Positions 25,509-37,570 are shown, counted from the first letter of the stretch. The stretch: DNA of 64,000 bases from Scyliorhinus canicula (GCF_902713615.1 NW_024055500.1:248001-312000); one strand, 5' to 3'. Numbers and translations are program-made. Notes: generated by a model not told the origin, from the sequence alone.

Positions 25509-26068
25509 GTGAGTACAGCATGTTTTCTTTTAACTGAAGCGATGTTGGGAGAGTTAGACATTAAGATACCCCAACGAGGGCAGCACAGTGGCCTAGTGGT
25601 TAGCACAACCGCCTCACGGCGCTGAGGTCCCAGGTTCGATCCCGGCTCTGGGTCGCTGTCCGTGTGGAGTTTGCACGTTCTCCCCGTGTGTGCGTGGGTT
25701 TCCTCCGGGTGCTCCGGTTTCCTCCCACAGTCCAAAGATGTGCGGGTTAGGTGGATTGGCCATGCTAAATTGCCCGTAGTGTCCTAAAAAATAAGGTTAA
25801 GGGGGGGTTGTTTGGGTTACGGGTATAGGGTGGATACGTGGGTTTGAGTAGGGTGATCATTGCTCGGCACAACATCAAGGGCCGAAGGGCCTGTTCTGTG
25901 CTGTACTGTTCTATGTTCTATGTTCTATGATCACACGTTAGGTGAATTAGATATTCTGAATTCTCCCTCTGTGTACCCGAACAGGCGCCGGAATGTGGCG
26001 ACTGGGTGCCTCATGATCAAACCTTACTAGGTAGCATGAGGGTTCTTGTGAGGCAGATTGTTACTGTG

Positions 26069-26128
26069 TGAATGCTGGAGCTGATAAATTAACCTTTGGC
26101 GGAGGAACCAAACTCACTGTAACCCCAA
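26069..26128 (+). CDS. TRAJ: J-alpha segment NAGADKLTFGGGTKLTVTP
   Basis: RSS ggttcttgt-12-tactgtg; donor gtgagt; duplicate of 24116. Confidence 0.93.
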
Positions 26129-26654
26129 GTGAGTACAGCATGTTTTACATTTATCTGAAATGGTGTTGGAGATCTACACATTCAGATATTTCAGCTAAAT
26201 TTGGAAATGCAGATCTCAATAGTTACAAACCTCACCAAGCAACATTAATGCAATTGTTTAAAGAGTGTAAAGATCGAATAAGCAGCCAAAACTTCATTAA
26301 ATTGGGTATAGAACTAGATTTGCATGTCATGTCACTGATTATTCTGGCCAATATCGTGAAGTGGAATATGGGACAGAATTTCAGGTGAAGAACCACAGAT
26401 CTCTTTTGAAATTCAATTGGAACAAGATTTATGAAATGTTATTGGTCACAGCTTGTGCATGCGTGAAGGTGCATGTGAGAAATTGTATCATTTCATCTCA
26501 GACCTGAACTTAGCAGAAAATTGCAATTGTTATGTCCCCAAAGTGTGCTACTGAAAAGTTTCCAAAACAAAAACTATCCTCATTTCAAAAGTGGTCTCAC
26601 TGTCAGCTGCCCATTGTGAGCTCTGAGGTTTGTGCAAGGGAATGTGGCATTGTG

Positions 26655-26717
26655 TGACTTATGATAATACCGGAAAACTGACGTTTGCAACTGGGACTAA
26701 ACTAACTGTGCAACCAA
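26655..26717 (+). CDS. TRAJ: J-alpha segment TYDNTGKLTFATGTKLTVQP
   Basis: RSS ggtttgtgc-12-cattgtg; identical to 24702. Confidence 0.88.
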
Positions 26718-27408
26718 GTAAGTGTTATAAATGGTCATCCATTGCTTTCAAACAAAATAATATTTTCAGATCATTTAACGGTCTAGCTGGTCACATTGTA
26801 TGTTGTCAATTAAAGGTCAGGTTGCATGTTGCCAGTTAGAGATATTTTTGTGTCGTGGAAATAACGATTAGACAGAGGCTTCGAGCTTCGTTTCAGGACT
26901 TTATTAGCACGGTACCGTGGAGCGGCTGCAGTAGGCTGAATAGCCATTCCACAACACTCTGAAATCACACAGCAGAAAGCATTATCTTTATAGTCTTATA
27001 TACACAACTAAAGAAGTTAAACAGCAGCTGGCTGGCTTTGTTTATGTTAAACAAACATTGGGATTGGAGCTGGTTCCTTATCTAGCACGTATTTCCTTGC
27101 CCTTGCTAAAACAACTGTTTCTAAGCAGTATTTTGTTTCCCTTATCTGACGTTCTAAAGTTTCGTTCAGAAGTACTGATAAAATATCGTCAAGCAATCCA
27201 ATTACGCAAATTGTGTCTACCTTAGAAAACAGGGAGAATGAACTTTTCATGAACAATGTGATTGAGATGCCCAGACCAACGATGAAGACAACTGAACGTG
27301 CAACGTTTGTTATTTAATCTACAAACTAACTTACTATTGTGAAGTGTGCCTCGTGGTAACACATTTCTCGGTAGCAGGAGCGTTTTTGTGAGGGTAATTG
27401 TCACTGTG

Positions 27409-27471
27409 GGTATGATGGAACTGGTTCTAAGCTGATCTTCGGCGGAGGGACTAAACTCATTGTAACCCCAA
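27409..27471 (+). CDS. TRAJ: J-alpha segment YDGTGSKLIFGGGTKLIVTP
   Basis: RSS cgtttttgt-12-cactgtg; donor gtgagt. Confidence 0.93.
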
Positions 27472-27540
27472 GTGAGTACAGCATGTTTTCTTTTAACTGA
27501 AGCGATGTTGGGAGAGTTAGACATTAAGATACCCCAACGA

Positions 27541-27764
27541 GGGCAGCACGGTGGCCTAGTGGTTAGCACAACCGCCTCACGGCGCTGAGGTCCCAGGTTC
27601 GATCCCGGCTCTGGGTCGCTGTCCGCGTGGAGTTTGCACATTCTCCCCGTGTCTGTGTGGGTTTCGCCCCCACAACTCAAAAATGTGCAGAGTTGGTGGA
27701 TTGGCCACGCTAAATTGCCCCTTAATTGGAAAAAATAATTGGGTAATCTAAATTTAGAAAAAAA
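27541..27764 (+). mobile_element. Short HE1-like SINE variant with target-site duplication
   Basis: Flanked by the 14-bp TSD agataccccaacga (27527-27540 and 27765-27778). Confidence 0.85.
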
Positions 27765-28199
27765 AGATACCCCAACGAAATTTGGATGAAGTGATGTCAA
27801 TAGTTAGCCTCTTTATTCAACAACATGAGTGCAATCCTTCTGATATTGCAGAAGGTCGATGAAGCAGTAACAAGGGAGTTCTGTTGACAAATACGACCAG
27901 CATTTCTTGCCATTGATTATTCGTCCAGCCAATATTGTGAACTAGACTATGGGACAGAATTGAACATGACAAATTCACAGATTGTGTTTTAGTTGAATTG
28001 GAGCAAGGTATGTTGTGTGAATAGTGGCAGGTTGTATAAGTGTCCAAGTGGACGAGAGAACCTGCTTTCTTTCATATATAATGTCCGAATTCAGCACGAA
28101 TTTGCCACTTGAAATTTCAGATGACTTCAATTTCCCAAGTGGTCACTTGGGGGTGCCACTTCGAGGTGTTAGGTTTGTGTCATGGAGTATGCCATCGTG

Positions 28200-28262
28200 T
28201 GACTTATGATAGTACTGACAAACTAATCTTTGGCTCTGGGACCAAACTAACAGTGGAACCAA
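28200..28262 (+). CDS. TRAJ: J-alpha segment TYDSTDKLIFGSGTKLTVEP
   Basis: RSS ggtttgtgt-12-catcgtg; donor gtaagt. Confidence 0.9.
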
Positions 28263-29065
28263 GTAAGTGATGGGAGTAGTCATCCAATATTCATAGCGCT
28301 CGTTTGAAAACTGTTAGCGACGTTCAATGAGGCCTGTGAGCAATTTGCATCAGTTAGTAATCAACGCTGAACCCAATGAAATAACAAAAAGAACTGTCCG
28401 TTTCCTTTTTTTATGAGAGTGGCTAATGCTTGACAGAATGTAAGAAATGCCAATATTAGTTGTAGGTGATTTGCAATTTGTGTCCTCACGTTTTGTCAGG
28501 AGAATATTCATTGTTGTGCAAGTAGTGAGGCAGCATTTCACACTGGGGTAAAACAGGGGTGAAGCTAAAGCTGCAGTTTACATAGGTTCATTCAGGTCCT
28601 AGAATCGAGCTACTTCTGGATAGAATGTTGTACTGAATAGAAACACCTGAACTTTCAAATATATTCCTGCCTGCCCCTGTCGCTGGAACCAAGTAGGCCG
28701 AAGATTGTTTCCCTAGACTCAAAGTTGAATTATATACCATTCGCTTAGGTATGTTACAGTGATAAAACGACAGATCTGGTGTAATGAGACGTGAATACTA
28801 AATTAATGTCCCAACTGCAACATAAAAAAGTCGTATACTCGTGAAATTTCAGTCTGGTCTGAGTTAGATCTGAGTTCACGAGAGTAGAACGAGAGAAATC
28901 GTTTGGAATAAGTTTTGTCAATTGGGGGAAAACATGTCGATGTTGAAGGGTTTGGAATGGGGGAAATGATAACCTTTGAGGGCTGCCTTCGGCTTGTAAA
29001 ATGGAGCCCCCACAGAAGCTCAAAAATAGCAGGATAGAGTTTTTGTGCGTGTGATCGACACTGTG

Positions 29066-29131
29066 TGAATACTGGAGGAAGTTATGGCAAGCTGATATTT
29101 GGAGCAGGAACAAGGTTAATCGTGGCACCCA
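29066..29131 (+). CDS. TRAJ: J-alpha segment NTGGSYGKLIFGAGTRLIVAP
   Basis: RSS agtttttgt-12-cactgtg; donor gtaagt. Confidence 0.94.
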
Positions 29132-29266
29132 GTAAGTGTTTGGAATAGCAATTTCTCACCTCTATTGTCCTGATCTAGAAAGTGCGTCTCTTCATATCTC
29201 CAAGTCTTCACGTTGTATGTCATCAGCTAGAGTTCTGAGGTTTCTGTAATGGAATATGGCATCGTG

Positions 29267-29330
29267 TGAGTTATTAGCAATGCTGGCAAACTGCTTTTTG
29301 AAACTGGCACTAAACTAAAAATTGAACCAA
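29267..29330 (+). CDS. TRAJ: Atypical J-alpha segment (*)VISNAGKLLFETGTKLKIEP
   Basis: RSS ggtttctgt-12-catcgtg; FETG instead of FGXG; first in-frame codon is TGA, which junctional trimming could remove; donor gtaagt. Confidence 0.75.
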
Positions 29331-30419
29331 GTAAGTGTTATAAATGGTCATCTAAGATTCATATTATTGGGTTTGAAACTGCGGGCAATGTTCAATGAGG
29401 TTTAAGAGCAGTTTGCACCAATTAGCAATGGACTATGGACAGAATGAATAAACACTGTATCCATAACCTTTTCTGAATGTGACCATCATTAGCTGATAGG
29501 AAGACAACTCAATTAGCTACAAAAGTCAGGCTCAACTGAATTAACAGTTGGCTTCCTGAAGCTTAATGAAGAATTGGTCCATCGTCGGGCAGGCACAAAA
29601 CACAGACAAGCTCAGCCTGCAGCTGAATTTGGCCAAATTTTCCTTCAGTTTCTAGAATTGGACCATCTCAGGCTGCAACCTTCTTGTGGAACCACGTAGA
29701 AATAAGATTGTGTCTCCGGGGAAAGAGTTACATTATTTCTATTCGCTGAGGTATGTTGCAGTTATAAAACGATAGGTCTGGTGAAGTGAGGCGAGAATGC
29801 GGAAATAATGCAACCAACTCCAAAATAATAATAATCTTTATTAGTGTCATGTTAGCATGGTGGTTAGCATAAATGCTCCACAGCTCCAGGGTCCCAGGTT
29901 CGATTCCCGGCTGGGTCACTGTCTGTGCGGAGTCTGCACGTCCTCTCCATGTGTGCGTGGGTTTCCTCCGGGTGCTCCGGTTTCCTCCCACAGTCCAAAG
30001 ATGTGCGGGTTAGGTGGATTGGCCATGCTAAATTGCCCGTAGTGTCCTAAAAAGTAAGGTTAAGGGGGGGGTTGTTGGGTTACGGGTATAGGGTGGATAC
30101 GTGGGTTTGAGTAGGGTGATCATTGCTCGGCACAACATTGAGGGCCGAAGGGCCTGTGCTGTACTGTTCTAAGTTCTAAGCAGGCTTACATTAACACTGC
30201 AATGAAGTTACTGTGAAAATACAATGCCACGTATTTCGATAGATTTTGTATCTGGATGCTACATTGAGTAGGCACAGTTAGTTCTTTGAGGCAGAATGGA
30301 TTGAAGACCAGTAACGTGTCCTTATGTAATGAGTGCAGTATTTACAGAAATGGCAAGTAATTCTAATGTCTGCGAATGGCAGACCAGGGAGGATTTCAGC
30401 ATTAACATATCTGGCTGTG

Positions 30420-30476
30420 CGATCTTGGCTGACAAGGTGATCTTTGTATCTGGAACTGGGTTCCGTGCCTGGCCAA
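30420..30476 (+). pseudogene. TRAJ: Degenerate J-alpha segment ILADKVIFVSGTGFRAWP
   Basis: Heptamer ggctgtg with a poor nonamer (gatttcagc); open frame; donor gtgagt. Confidence 0.6.
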
Positions 30477-31007
30477 GTGAGTGGGAATATTTTTCCGGAT
30501 GTCCACTCATTTATCCGAGCAGAATAGAGAAGCAGAAAGTGTGTTCTGAATTCACCATTGTAAAACCTGTCTTGAATTTTCTGTGTGTGCCCCTGATTCT
30601 TGAGCTGCCAATTAAATTTTCCTTCCACTCTCATCAGTTTTGTTAACATTTCCTGAGCTGTGCTGACTTGTTTTGGTTTGGTGGGCAAGACTTTTGATCT
30701 TCACGGGTGCAAGTGGCGAATCAGCAAGGGAATTAACTAGTTATCAGTGGAATGATGTGAAATTGCAGCCTGGTCTGAGTTAGTGAGAGAGGAAAACAAG
30801 AACAATTATTTGGATTTAGTTTGTCAATTGGGCGGGGGTAGGGGGAGGGGTGGACGCTGAAAGCTTTGAGGACAGGAGCACGATTGAGGTTTGTGAAAAG
30901 TACTCTAAACTATGTCCCTTGAATTTTCTCATCAAATTACCTCATTATCAACTGCACAAATCTCCACCCGTGAGGGAGGAGTTTTTGTCCCTGTGATTTA
31001 CACTGTG

Positions 31008-31073
31008 TGAATACTGGAACAGGTTCTGCCAAGCCCGTATTTGGGGCAGGGACAAAGTTGATTGTGATACCCA
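31008..31073 (+). CDS. TRAJ: J-alpha segment NTGTGSAKPVFGAGTKLIVIP
   Basis: RSS agtttttgt-12-cactgtg; donor gtaagt. Confidence 0.93.
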
Positions 31074-31872
31074 GTAAGTATTTAGAATAGCAATCCTTCA
31101 GCATTGTTTTCCTGATCTCGAAAGTGTCAATTCTTGAGTCAAGTACCTCAGGAATTTCAAAAAAACGTTGAAAAAGACAAAACAATATCTTCCCCAGAAA
31201 CAATGACAAAATAAAAATCTATTGCGTTGTTGAGATGAAACGAAAATGGCTTATTGTCACGAGTAGGCTTCTAATGAAGTTACTGTGAAAAGCCCCTAGT
31301 CACCACATTCCGGCACCTGTTCAGGAAGGCTGTAGCGGGAATTGAAACGTGCATGTTAGTCTAGATAGTCTGCTTTCAAAGCCAGCGAGTTAGCCCTGTG
31401 CTAAAGAGCCCATGAAGCCTAAACGTGAAGAGGATGAAGCGTTTTGCGACGTGTATGTTTGAGGTATATGGATGTATCGATATTGCCTGGCTGTCAGGCA
31501 ATGTATGGAATGTTGGATTGCTCGTCCAGCAAGGCAAGGTAAACCCATATTTAAATTAAACTCTCTGGTAAAAATGAAAATGAAATGAAATGAAAACCGC
31601 TTATTGTCACGAGTAGGCTTCTAATGAAGTTACTGTGAAAAGCCCCTAGTCACCACATTCCGGCGCCTGTCCGGGGAGGCTGGTACGGGGAGGCTGGTAC
31701 GGGAATTGAACCGTGCTGCTGGCCTGCTTGGTCTGCTTTAAAAGCCAGCGATTTAGCCCAGTTAGCTAAACCAGCCCCAAAATGGGTGCCTCTTACTTTA
31801 TATTGGTCCAGCCAGATAGAAAAACAGTAACCATTAACTCAGGAGGTTTTTGTTAGACAGTGGGGCACTGTG

Positions 31873-31932
31873 TGAATCTTGCAGGCAACGCATTAATCTT
31901 TGGAAGTGGGACCAGGCTAATCGTGGAACCCA
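31873..31932 (+). CDS. TRAJ: J-alpha segment NLAGNALIFGSGTRLIVEP
   Basis: Consensus RSS ggtttttgt-12-cactgtg; donor gtaagt. Confidence 0.95.
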
Positions 31933-32257
31933 GTAAGTTTTGCATTTGACAGAAACCTGATGGGTAATCCAGAAAATATATTTTTTAATAAAACACAGTT
32001 TTGAAATGAAAAGGGAAACAGTAATTAGTAATCGCAGCGTCAGATTGGGCAGCAGCATCTTATTGAGTTCTGATAAAGTCATTGTGCCGTGGCGACTAGG
32101 GGCTTTTCACAGTAACGTCATTTGAAGCCAACTTGTGACAATAAGCAATTTTCATTCCATCATGTATTCCCTTGCCCTGTATAACCTGACTGAGACTATG
32201 TTAGAGAGATGAAATGTTGGTCAGGAAGTGATTTTTGTTAAGGGATGTATCAGTGTG

Positions 32258-32317
32258 TGAATGCTAACAACCTCAAGTTAACATTTGGAGCAGGCACAAG
32301 ACTTATAGTTCAACCCA
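32258..32317 (+). CDS. TRAJ: J-alpha segment NANNLKLTFGAGTRLIVQP
   Basis: RSS gatttttgt-12-cagtgtg; donor gtaagt. Confidence 0.93.
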
Positions 32318-33301
32318 GTAAGTCTTTACATCTCTATTTCACTCGATTTTCTAATCGCCCGTTTGCAAAATGCACCTGATTAAATCTGTTCTTTGATCTT
32401 TCCGACTATCTTTAATCTTTAAAACTATAACGTTCAGTCCAATTGATGCTAACTCTCACCAAGCACCCAGCACAATTCACAGCTCTTGACTTCACTCACA
32501 TAATAGCTGATATTAGATCTGGTATATGGCTTTGCATGTTCCTGTCTGGTATTTCAAACTGTAATGTGATGGTTGGATTCTCATTGAAATAGTTTCCACT
32601 GCTCTTAATTCTTCAAGCCATACTTTTTTAGTGATTGAAGATTGAATGTAAATTTCCTTTATTTCCCTGCGAACGGTCAGTAAATTAAATGGCCTTGAAA
32701 CCTTCACTTTACCTTTGAGAGTTCCTTCAATCCTCTCCTTACTAAGTCTCATGCAGATCCATTGTTACAAAATCTACTCTGTCAATTACAGATCGAGACT
32801 GGGGAGGCAGTGGGATTGGCACATGACTAGTAATCGAGAAACACAGGTCAATGGATTAGGGAACCTGGGTATGGATCGCACCAGGACAGAACTAAAAGTC
32901 TTATGCTGACCATGGAGCCATTGTTGATTATTTTGTCCAAAAAAACCATCTGGTTCACTAATGTCCTTTCGGAAAAGAAATCTGCCATCTTTACCGTGTC
33001 TGGCCTACATTTCAGAGGGCATTCAAGGATCAACCACGTTGCTGTGGGTCTGGAGTCACATGTAGGCCAGACCAGGTAAGGACGGCAGATTTCCTTCCCT
33101 AAATCACATTCGGGAACGAGATTACTTTTCCTGACAATAATTTCGCAGTCAACGTGTCACATTGAATTCCAGAGTTTAAATGGTTTGATCAGAAAGTGCT
33201 ACAACGATGGGGTCGAGTACTCAAATAGAGCTCCTGGTAAAGAGCAGTAATGCACTGAGGTGGACCTGGGGGAGGTTTTTGCTGCCAGCTGTAATGCTGT
33301 G

Positions 33302-33361
33302 TGAATGCTGGAGGTTACAAGATTACCTTTGGAAAAGGGACACAATTAACTGTGGTGCCAA
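33302..33361 (+). CDS. TRAJ: J-alpha segment NAGGYKITFGKGTQLTVVP
   Basis: RSS ggtttttgc-12-tgctgtg; donor gtaagt. Confidence 0.93.
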
Positions 33362-33756
33362 GTAAGTCTTTATAATCCACTGTCTATTTACCTGTATTAT
33401 CTATTTATTTTATTATTTCAATGCTATGAGGGTATCGCTTGCTGGGTCAGCGTGTATTGTCCACCCCTAATTGCCCTCATACGGGTATTAAAGAGTTCTC
33501 AACTAATGTTAAACAACTATTGGTGAGGTGCATGTTTGAGGTATATGGATGTATCGATATTGCCTGGCTGTCAGGCAATGTATGGAATGTTGGATTGCTA
33601 GTCCAGCAATTAGACAGACAGCAAGGCAAGGTAAACCCATATATAAATTAAACTCTCTGGTAAAATGGGTGGCTCTTTACTTTATATTGCTCCAGCCAGA
33701 TAGAAAAACAGTAATCATTGACTCAGGAGGTTTTTGTTAGACAGTGGGGCACTGTG

Positions 33757-33816
33757 TGAATGATGCAAGGAACGCATTAATCTTTGGAAGTGGGACCAGG
33801 CTAATCGTGGAACCCA
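33757..33816 (+). CDS. TRAJ: J-alpha segment NDARNALIFGSGTRLIVEP
   Basis: Consensus 12-RSS; donor gtaagt. Confidence 0.95.
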
Positions 33817-34140
33817 GTAAGTTTTGCATTTGACAGAAACCTGATGGATAATCCAGAAAATATTTTTTTAAATAAAACAGTTTTGAAATGAAAAGGGAAA
33901 CAGTAATTAGTAATCGCAGTGTCAGATTGGGCAGCAGCATCTTATTGAGTTCTGATAAAGTCATTGTGCCGTGGCGACTAGGGGCTTTTCACAGTAACTT
34001 CATTTGAAGCCTACTTGTGACAATAAGCCATTTTCATTCCATCATGTATTCCCTTGCCCTGTATAACCTGAATTGAGACTATGTTAGAGAGATGAAATGT
34101 TGGTCAGGAAGTGATTTTTGTTAAGGGATGTATCAGTGTG

Positions 34141-34200
34141 TGAATGCTAACAACGACAAGTTAACATTTGGAGCAGGCACAAGACTTATAGTTCAACCCA
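34141..34200 (+). CDS. TRAJ: J-alpha segment NANNDKLTFGAGTRLIVQP
   Basis: RSS gatttttgt-12-cagtgtg; donor gtaagt. Confidence 0.93.
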
Positions 34201-35174
34201 GTAAGTCTTTACATCTCCATTTCACTCGATTTTCTAATCGCCCGTTTGCAAAATGCACCTGATTAAATCTGTTCTTTGATCTTTCCTACTATCTTTCATC
34301 TTTAAAACTATAATGTTCAGTCCAATTGATGCTAACTCTCTCCAAGCACCCAGCACAATTCACAGCTCCTGACTTTACTCACATAATAGCTGATATTAGA
34401 TCTGGGATATGGCTTTGCATGTTCCTGTCTGGTATTTGAAACTGTAATGTGATGGTTGGATTCTCATTGAAATAGTTTCCACTGCTCTTAATTCTTCAAG
34501 CCATACTTTTTTAGTGATTGAAGATTGAATGTAAATTTTCTTAATTTCCCTGTAAACGGCCAGGAAATTAAATGGCCTCAAAACCTTCCCATTACCTTTG
34601 AGAGTTCCTTCAATCCTCTCCTTACTAAGTCTCATGCAAATCCATTGTTACAAAATCTACTCTGTCAATTACAGATCGAGACTGGGGAGGCAGTGGGATG
34701 ACTAGTAATCTAGAAACACAGGTCAATGGATTGGGAACCTGGGTATGGATCGCACCAGGACAGAACTAAAAGTCTTATGCTGACCATGGAGCCATTGTTG
34801 ATTATTTTATCCAAAAAAAACATCTGTTCACTAATGTCCTTTTGGAAAAGAAATCTGCCATCTTTACCGTGTCTGGCCTACATTTCAGAGGGCATTCAAG
34901 GATCAACCACGTTGCTGTGGATCTGGAGTCACATATAGGCCAGACCAGGTAAGGACGGCAGATTTCCTTCCCTAAATCACATTCGGGAACGATATTACTT
35001 TTCATGACAATAATTTTGCAGTCAACGTGTCACGTTGAATTCCAGAGTTTAAATGGTTTGATCAGAAAGTGCTACAACGATGGGGTCGAGTACTCAAATA
35101 GAGCTCCTGGTAAAGAGCAGTAATGCACTGAGGTGGACCTGGGGGAGGTTTTTGCTGCCAGCTGTAATGCTGTG

Positions 35175-35234
35175 TGAATGCTGAAGGTTACAAGATTACA
35201 TTTGGAAAAGGGACACAATTAACTGTGGTGCCAA
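35175..35234 (+). CDS. TRAJ: J-alpha segment NAEGYKITFGKGTQLTVVP
   Basis: RSS ggtttttgc-12-tgctgtg; donor gtaagt. Confidence 0.93.
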
Positions 35235-35628
35235 GTAAGTCTTTATAATCCACTGTCTATTTACCTGTATTATCTATTTATTTTATATTTTCAATGCTAT
35301 GAGGGTATCGCTTGCTGGGTCAGCGTGTATTGTCCACCCCTAATTGCCCTCAAAGGGGTATTAAAGAGTTCTCAACTAATGTTAAACAACTATTGGTGAG
35401 GTGTATGTTTGAGGTATATGGATGTATCGATATTGCCTGGCTGTCAGGCAATGTATGGAATGTTGGATTGCTAGTCCAGCAATTAGACAGACAGCAAGGC
35501 AAGGTAAACCCATATATAAATTAAACTCTCTGGTAAAATGGGTGCCTCTTACTTTATATTGCTCCAGCCAGATAGAAAAACAGTAACCATTGACTCAGGA
35601 GGTTTTTGTTAGACAGTGGGACACTGTG

Positions 35629-35688
35629 TGAATCTTGCAAGCAACGCATTAATCTTTGGAAGTGGGACCAGGCTACTCGTGGAACCCA
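35629..35688 (+). CDS. TRAJ: J-alpha segment NLASNALIFGSGTRLLVEP
   Basis: Consensus 12-RSS; donor gtaagt. Confidence 0.95.
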
Positions 35689-36011
35689 GTAAGTTTTGCA
35701 TTTGACAGAAACCTGTGGATAATGCAGAATTTTTTTTTTTATAAAACACAGTTTTGAAATGAAAAGGGAAACAGTAATTAGTAATCGCAGCGTCAGATTG
35801 GACAGCAGCATCTTATTGAGTTCTGATAAAGTCATTGTGCCGTGGCGACTAGGGGCTTTTCACAGTAACTTCATTTGAAGCCGACTTGTGACAATAAGCC
35901 ATTTTCATTCCATCATGTATTCCCTTGCCCTGTATAACCTGAATTGAGACTATGTTAGAGAGATGAAATGTTGTTCACGAAGCGATTTTTGTTAAGGGAT
36001 GTATCAGTGTG

Positions 36012-36071
36012 TGAATGCTAACAACCTCAAGATAACATTTGGAGCGGGCACAAGACTTATAGTTCAACCCA
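36012..36071 (+). CDS. TRAJ: J-alpha segment NANNLKITFGAGTRLIVQP
   Basis: RSS gatttttgt-12-cagtgtg; donor gtaagt. Confidence 0.93.
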
Positions 36072-37056
36072 GTAAGTCTTTACATCTCCATTTCACTCGG
36101 TTTTCTAATCGCCTGTTCGCAAAATGCACCTGACTAAATCTGTTCTTTGATCTTTCCTACAATCTTTCATCTTTAAAACTATAACGTTCAGTCCAATTGA
36201 TGCTAACTCTCTCCTAGCACCCAGCACAATTCACAGCTCTTGACTTCACTCACATAATAGCTGATATTAGATCTGGGATATGGCTTTGCATGTTCCTGTG
36301 TGGTGTTTCAAACTGTAATGTGATGGTTGGATTGTCATTGAAATAGTTTCCACTGCTCTTAATTCTACAAGCCATACTTTTTTAGTGAGTGAAGATTGAA
36401 TGTAAATTTTCTTTATTTCCCTGCGAACGGTCAGTAAATTAAACGGCCTTGAAACCTTCCCTTTACCTTTGAGAGTTCCTTCAATCCTCTCCTTACTAAG
36501 TCTCATGCAGAACCATTGTTACAAAATCTACTCTGTCAATTACAGATCGAGACTGGGGAGGCAGTGGGATTGGCCCATGACTAGTAATCGAGAAACACAG
36601 GTCAATGGATTAGGGAACCTGGGTATGGATCGCACCAGGACAGAACTAAAAGTCTTATGCTGACCATGGAGCCATTGTTGATTATTTTGTCCAAAAAAAC
36701 CCATCTGGTTCACTAATGTCCTTTCGGAAAAGAAATCTGCCATCTTTACCGTGTCTGGCCTACATTTCAGAGGGCATTCAAGGATCAACCATGTTGCTGT
36801 GGGTCTGGAGTCACATGTAGGCCAGACCAGGTAAGGACGGCAGATTTCCTTCCCTAAATCACATCGGGGAACAAGATGACTTTTCCTGACAATAATTTCG
36901 CAGTCAACCTGTCACGTTGAATTCCAGAGTTTAAATGGTTTGATCAGAAAGTGCTACAACGATGGGGTCGAGTACTCAAATAGAGCTCCTGGTAAAGAGC
37001 AGTAATGCACTGAGGTGGACCTGGGGGAGGTTTTTGCTGCCAGCTGTAATGCTGTG

Positions 37057-37116
37057 TGAATGTTGGTGGTTATACCATTACCTTTGGAAAAGGGACACAA
37101 TTAACTGTGGTGCCAA
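37057..37116 (+). CDS. TRAJ: J-alpha segment NVGGYTITFGKGTQLTVVP
   Basis: RSS ggtttttgc-12-tgctgtg; donor gtaagt. Confidence 0.93.
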
Positions 37117-37510
37117 GTAAGTATTTATAATCCACTGTCTATTTACCTGTATTATCTATTTATTTTATTATTTCAATGCTATGAGGGTATCGCTTGCTGG
37201 GTCAGCGTGTATTGTCCACCTCTAATTGCCCTCAAAGGGGTATTAAAGAGTCCTCAACTAATGTTAAACAACTATTGGTGAGGTGTATGTTTGAGGTATA
37301 TGGATGTATCGATATTGCCTGGCTGTCAGGCAATGTATGGAATGTTGGATTGCTAGTCCAGCAATTAGACAGACAGCAAGGCAAGGTAAACCCATATATA
37401 AATTAAACTCTCTGGTAAAATGGGTGCCTCTTACTTTATATTGGTCCAGCCAGATTGAAAAACAGTAACCATTGACTCAGGAGGTTTTTGTTAAACAGTG
37501 GGACACTGTG

Positions 37511-37570
37511 TGAATCTTGCAAGCAACGCATTAATCTTTGGAAGTGGGACCAGGCTAATCGTGGAACCCA
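37511..37570 (+). CDS. TRAJ: J-alpha segment NLASNALIFGSGTRLIVEP
   Basis: Consensus 12-RSS; donor gtaagt. Confidence 0.95.

Larger units (their letters stand above)
23730..27650 (+). repeat. Direct tandem duplication, unit about 1.95 kb, 3 J per unit
   Basis: Paralogous J offsets of 1953, 1953 and 1963 bp; near-identical introns. Confidence 0.93.
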
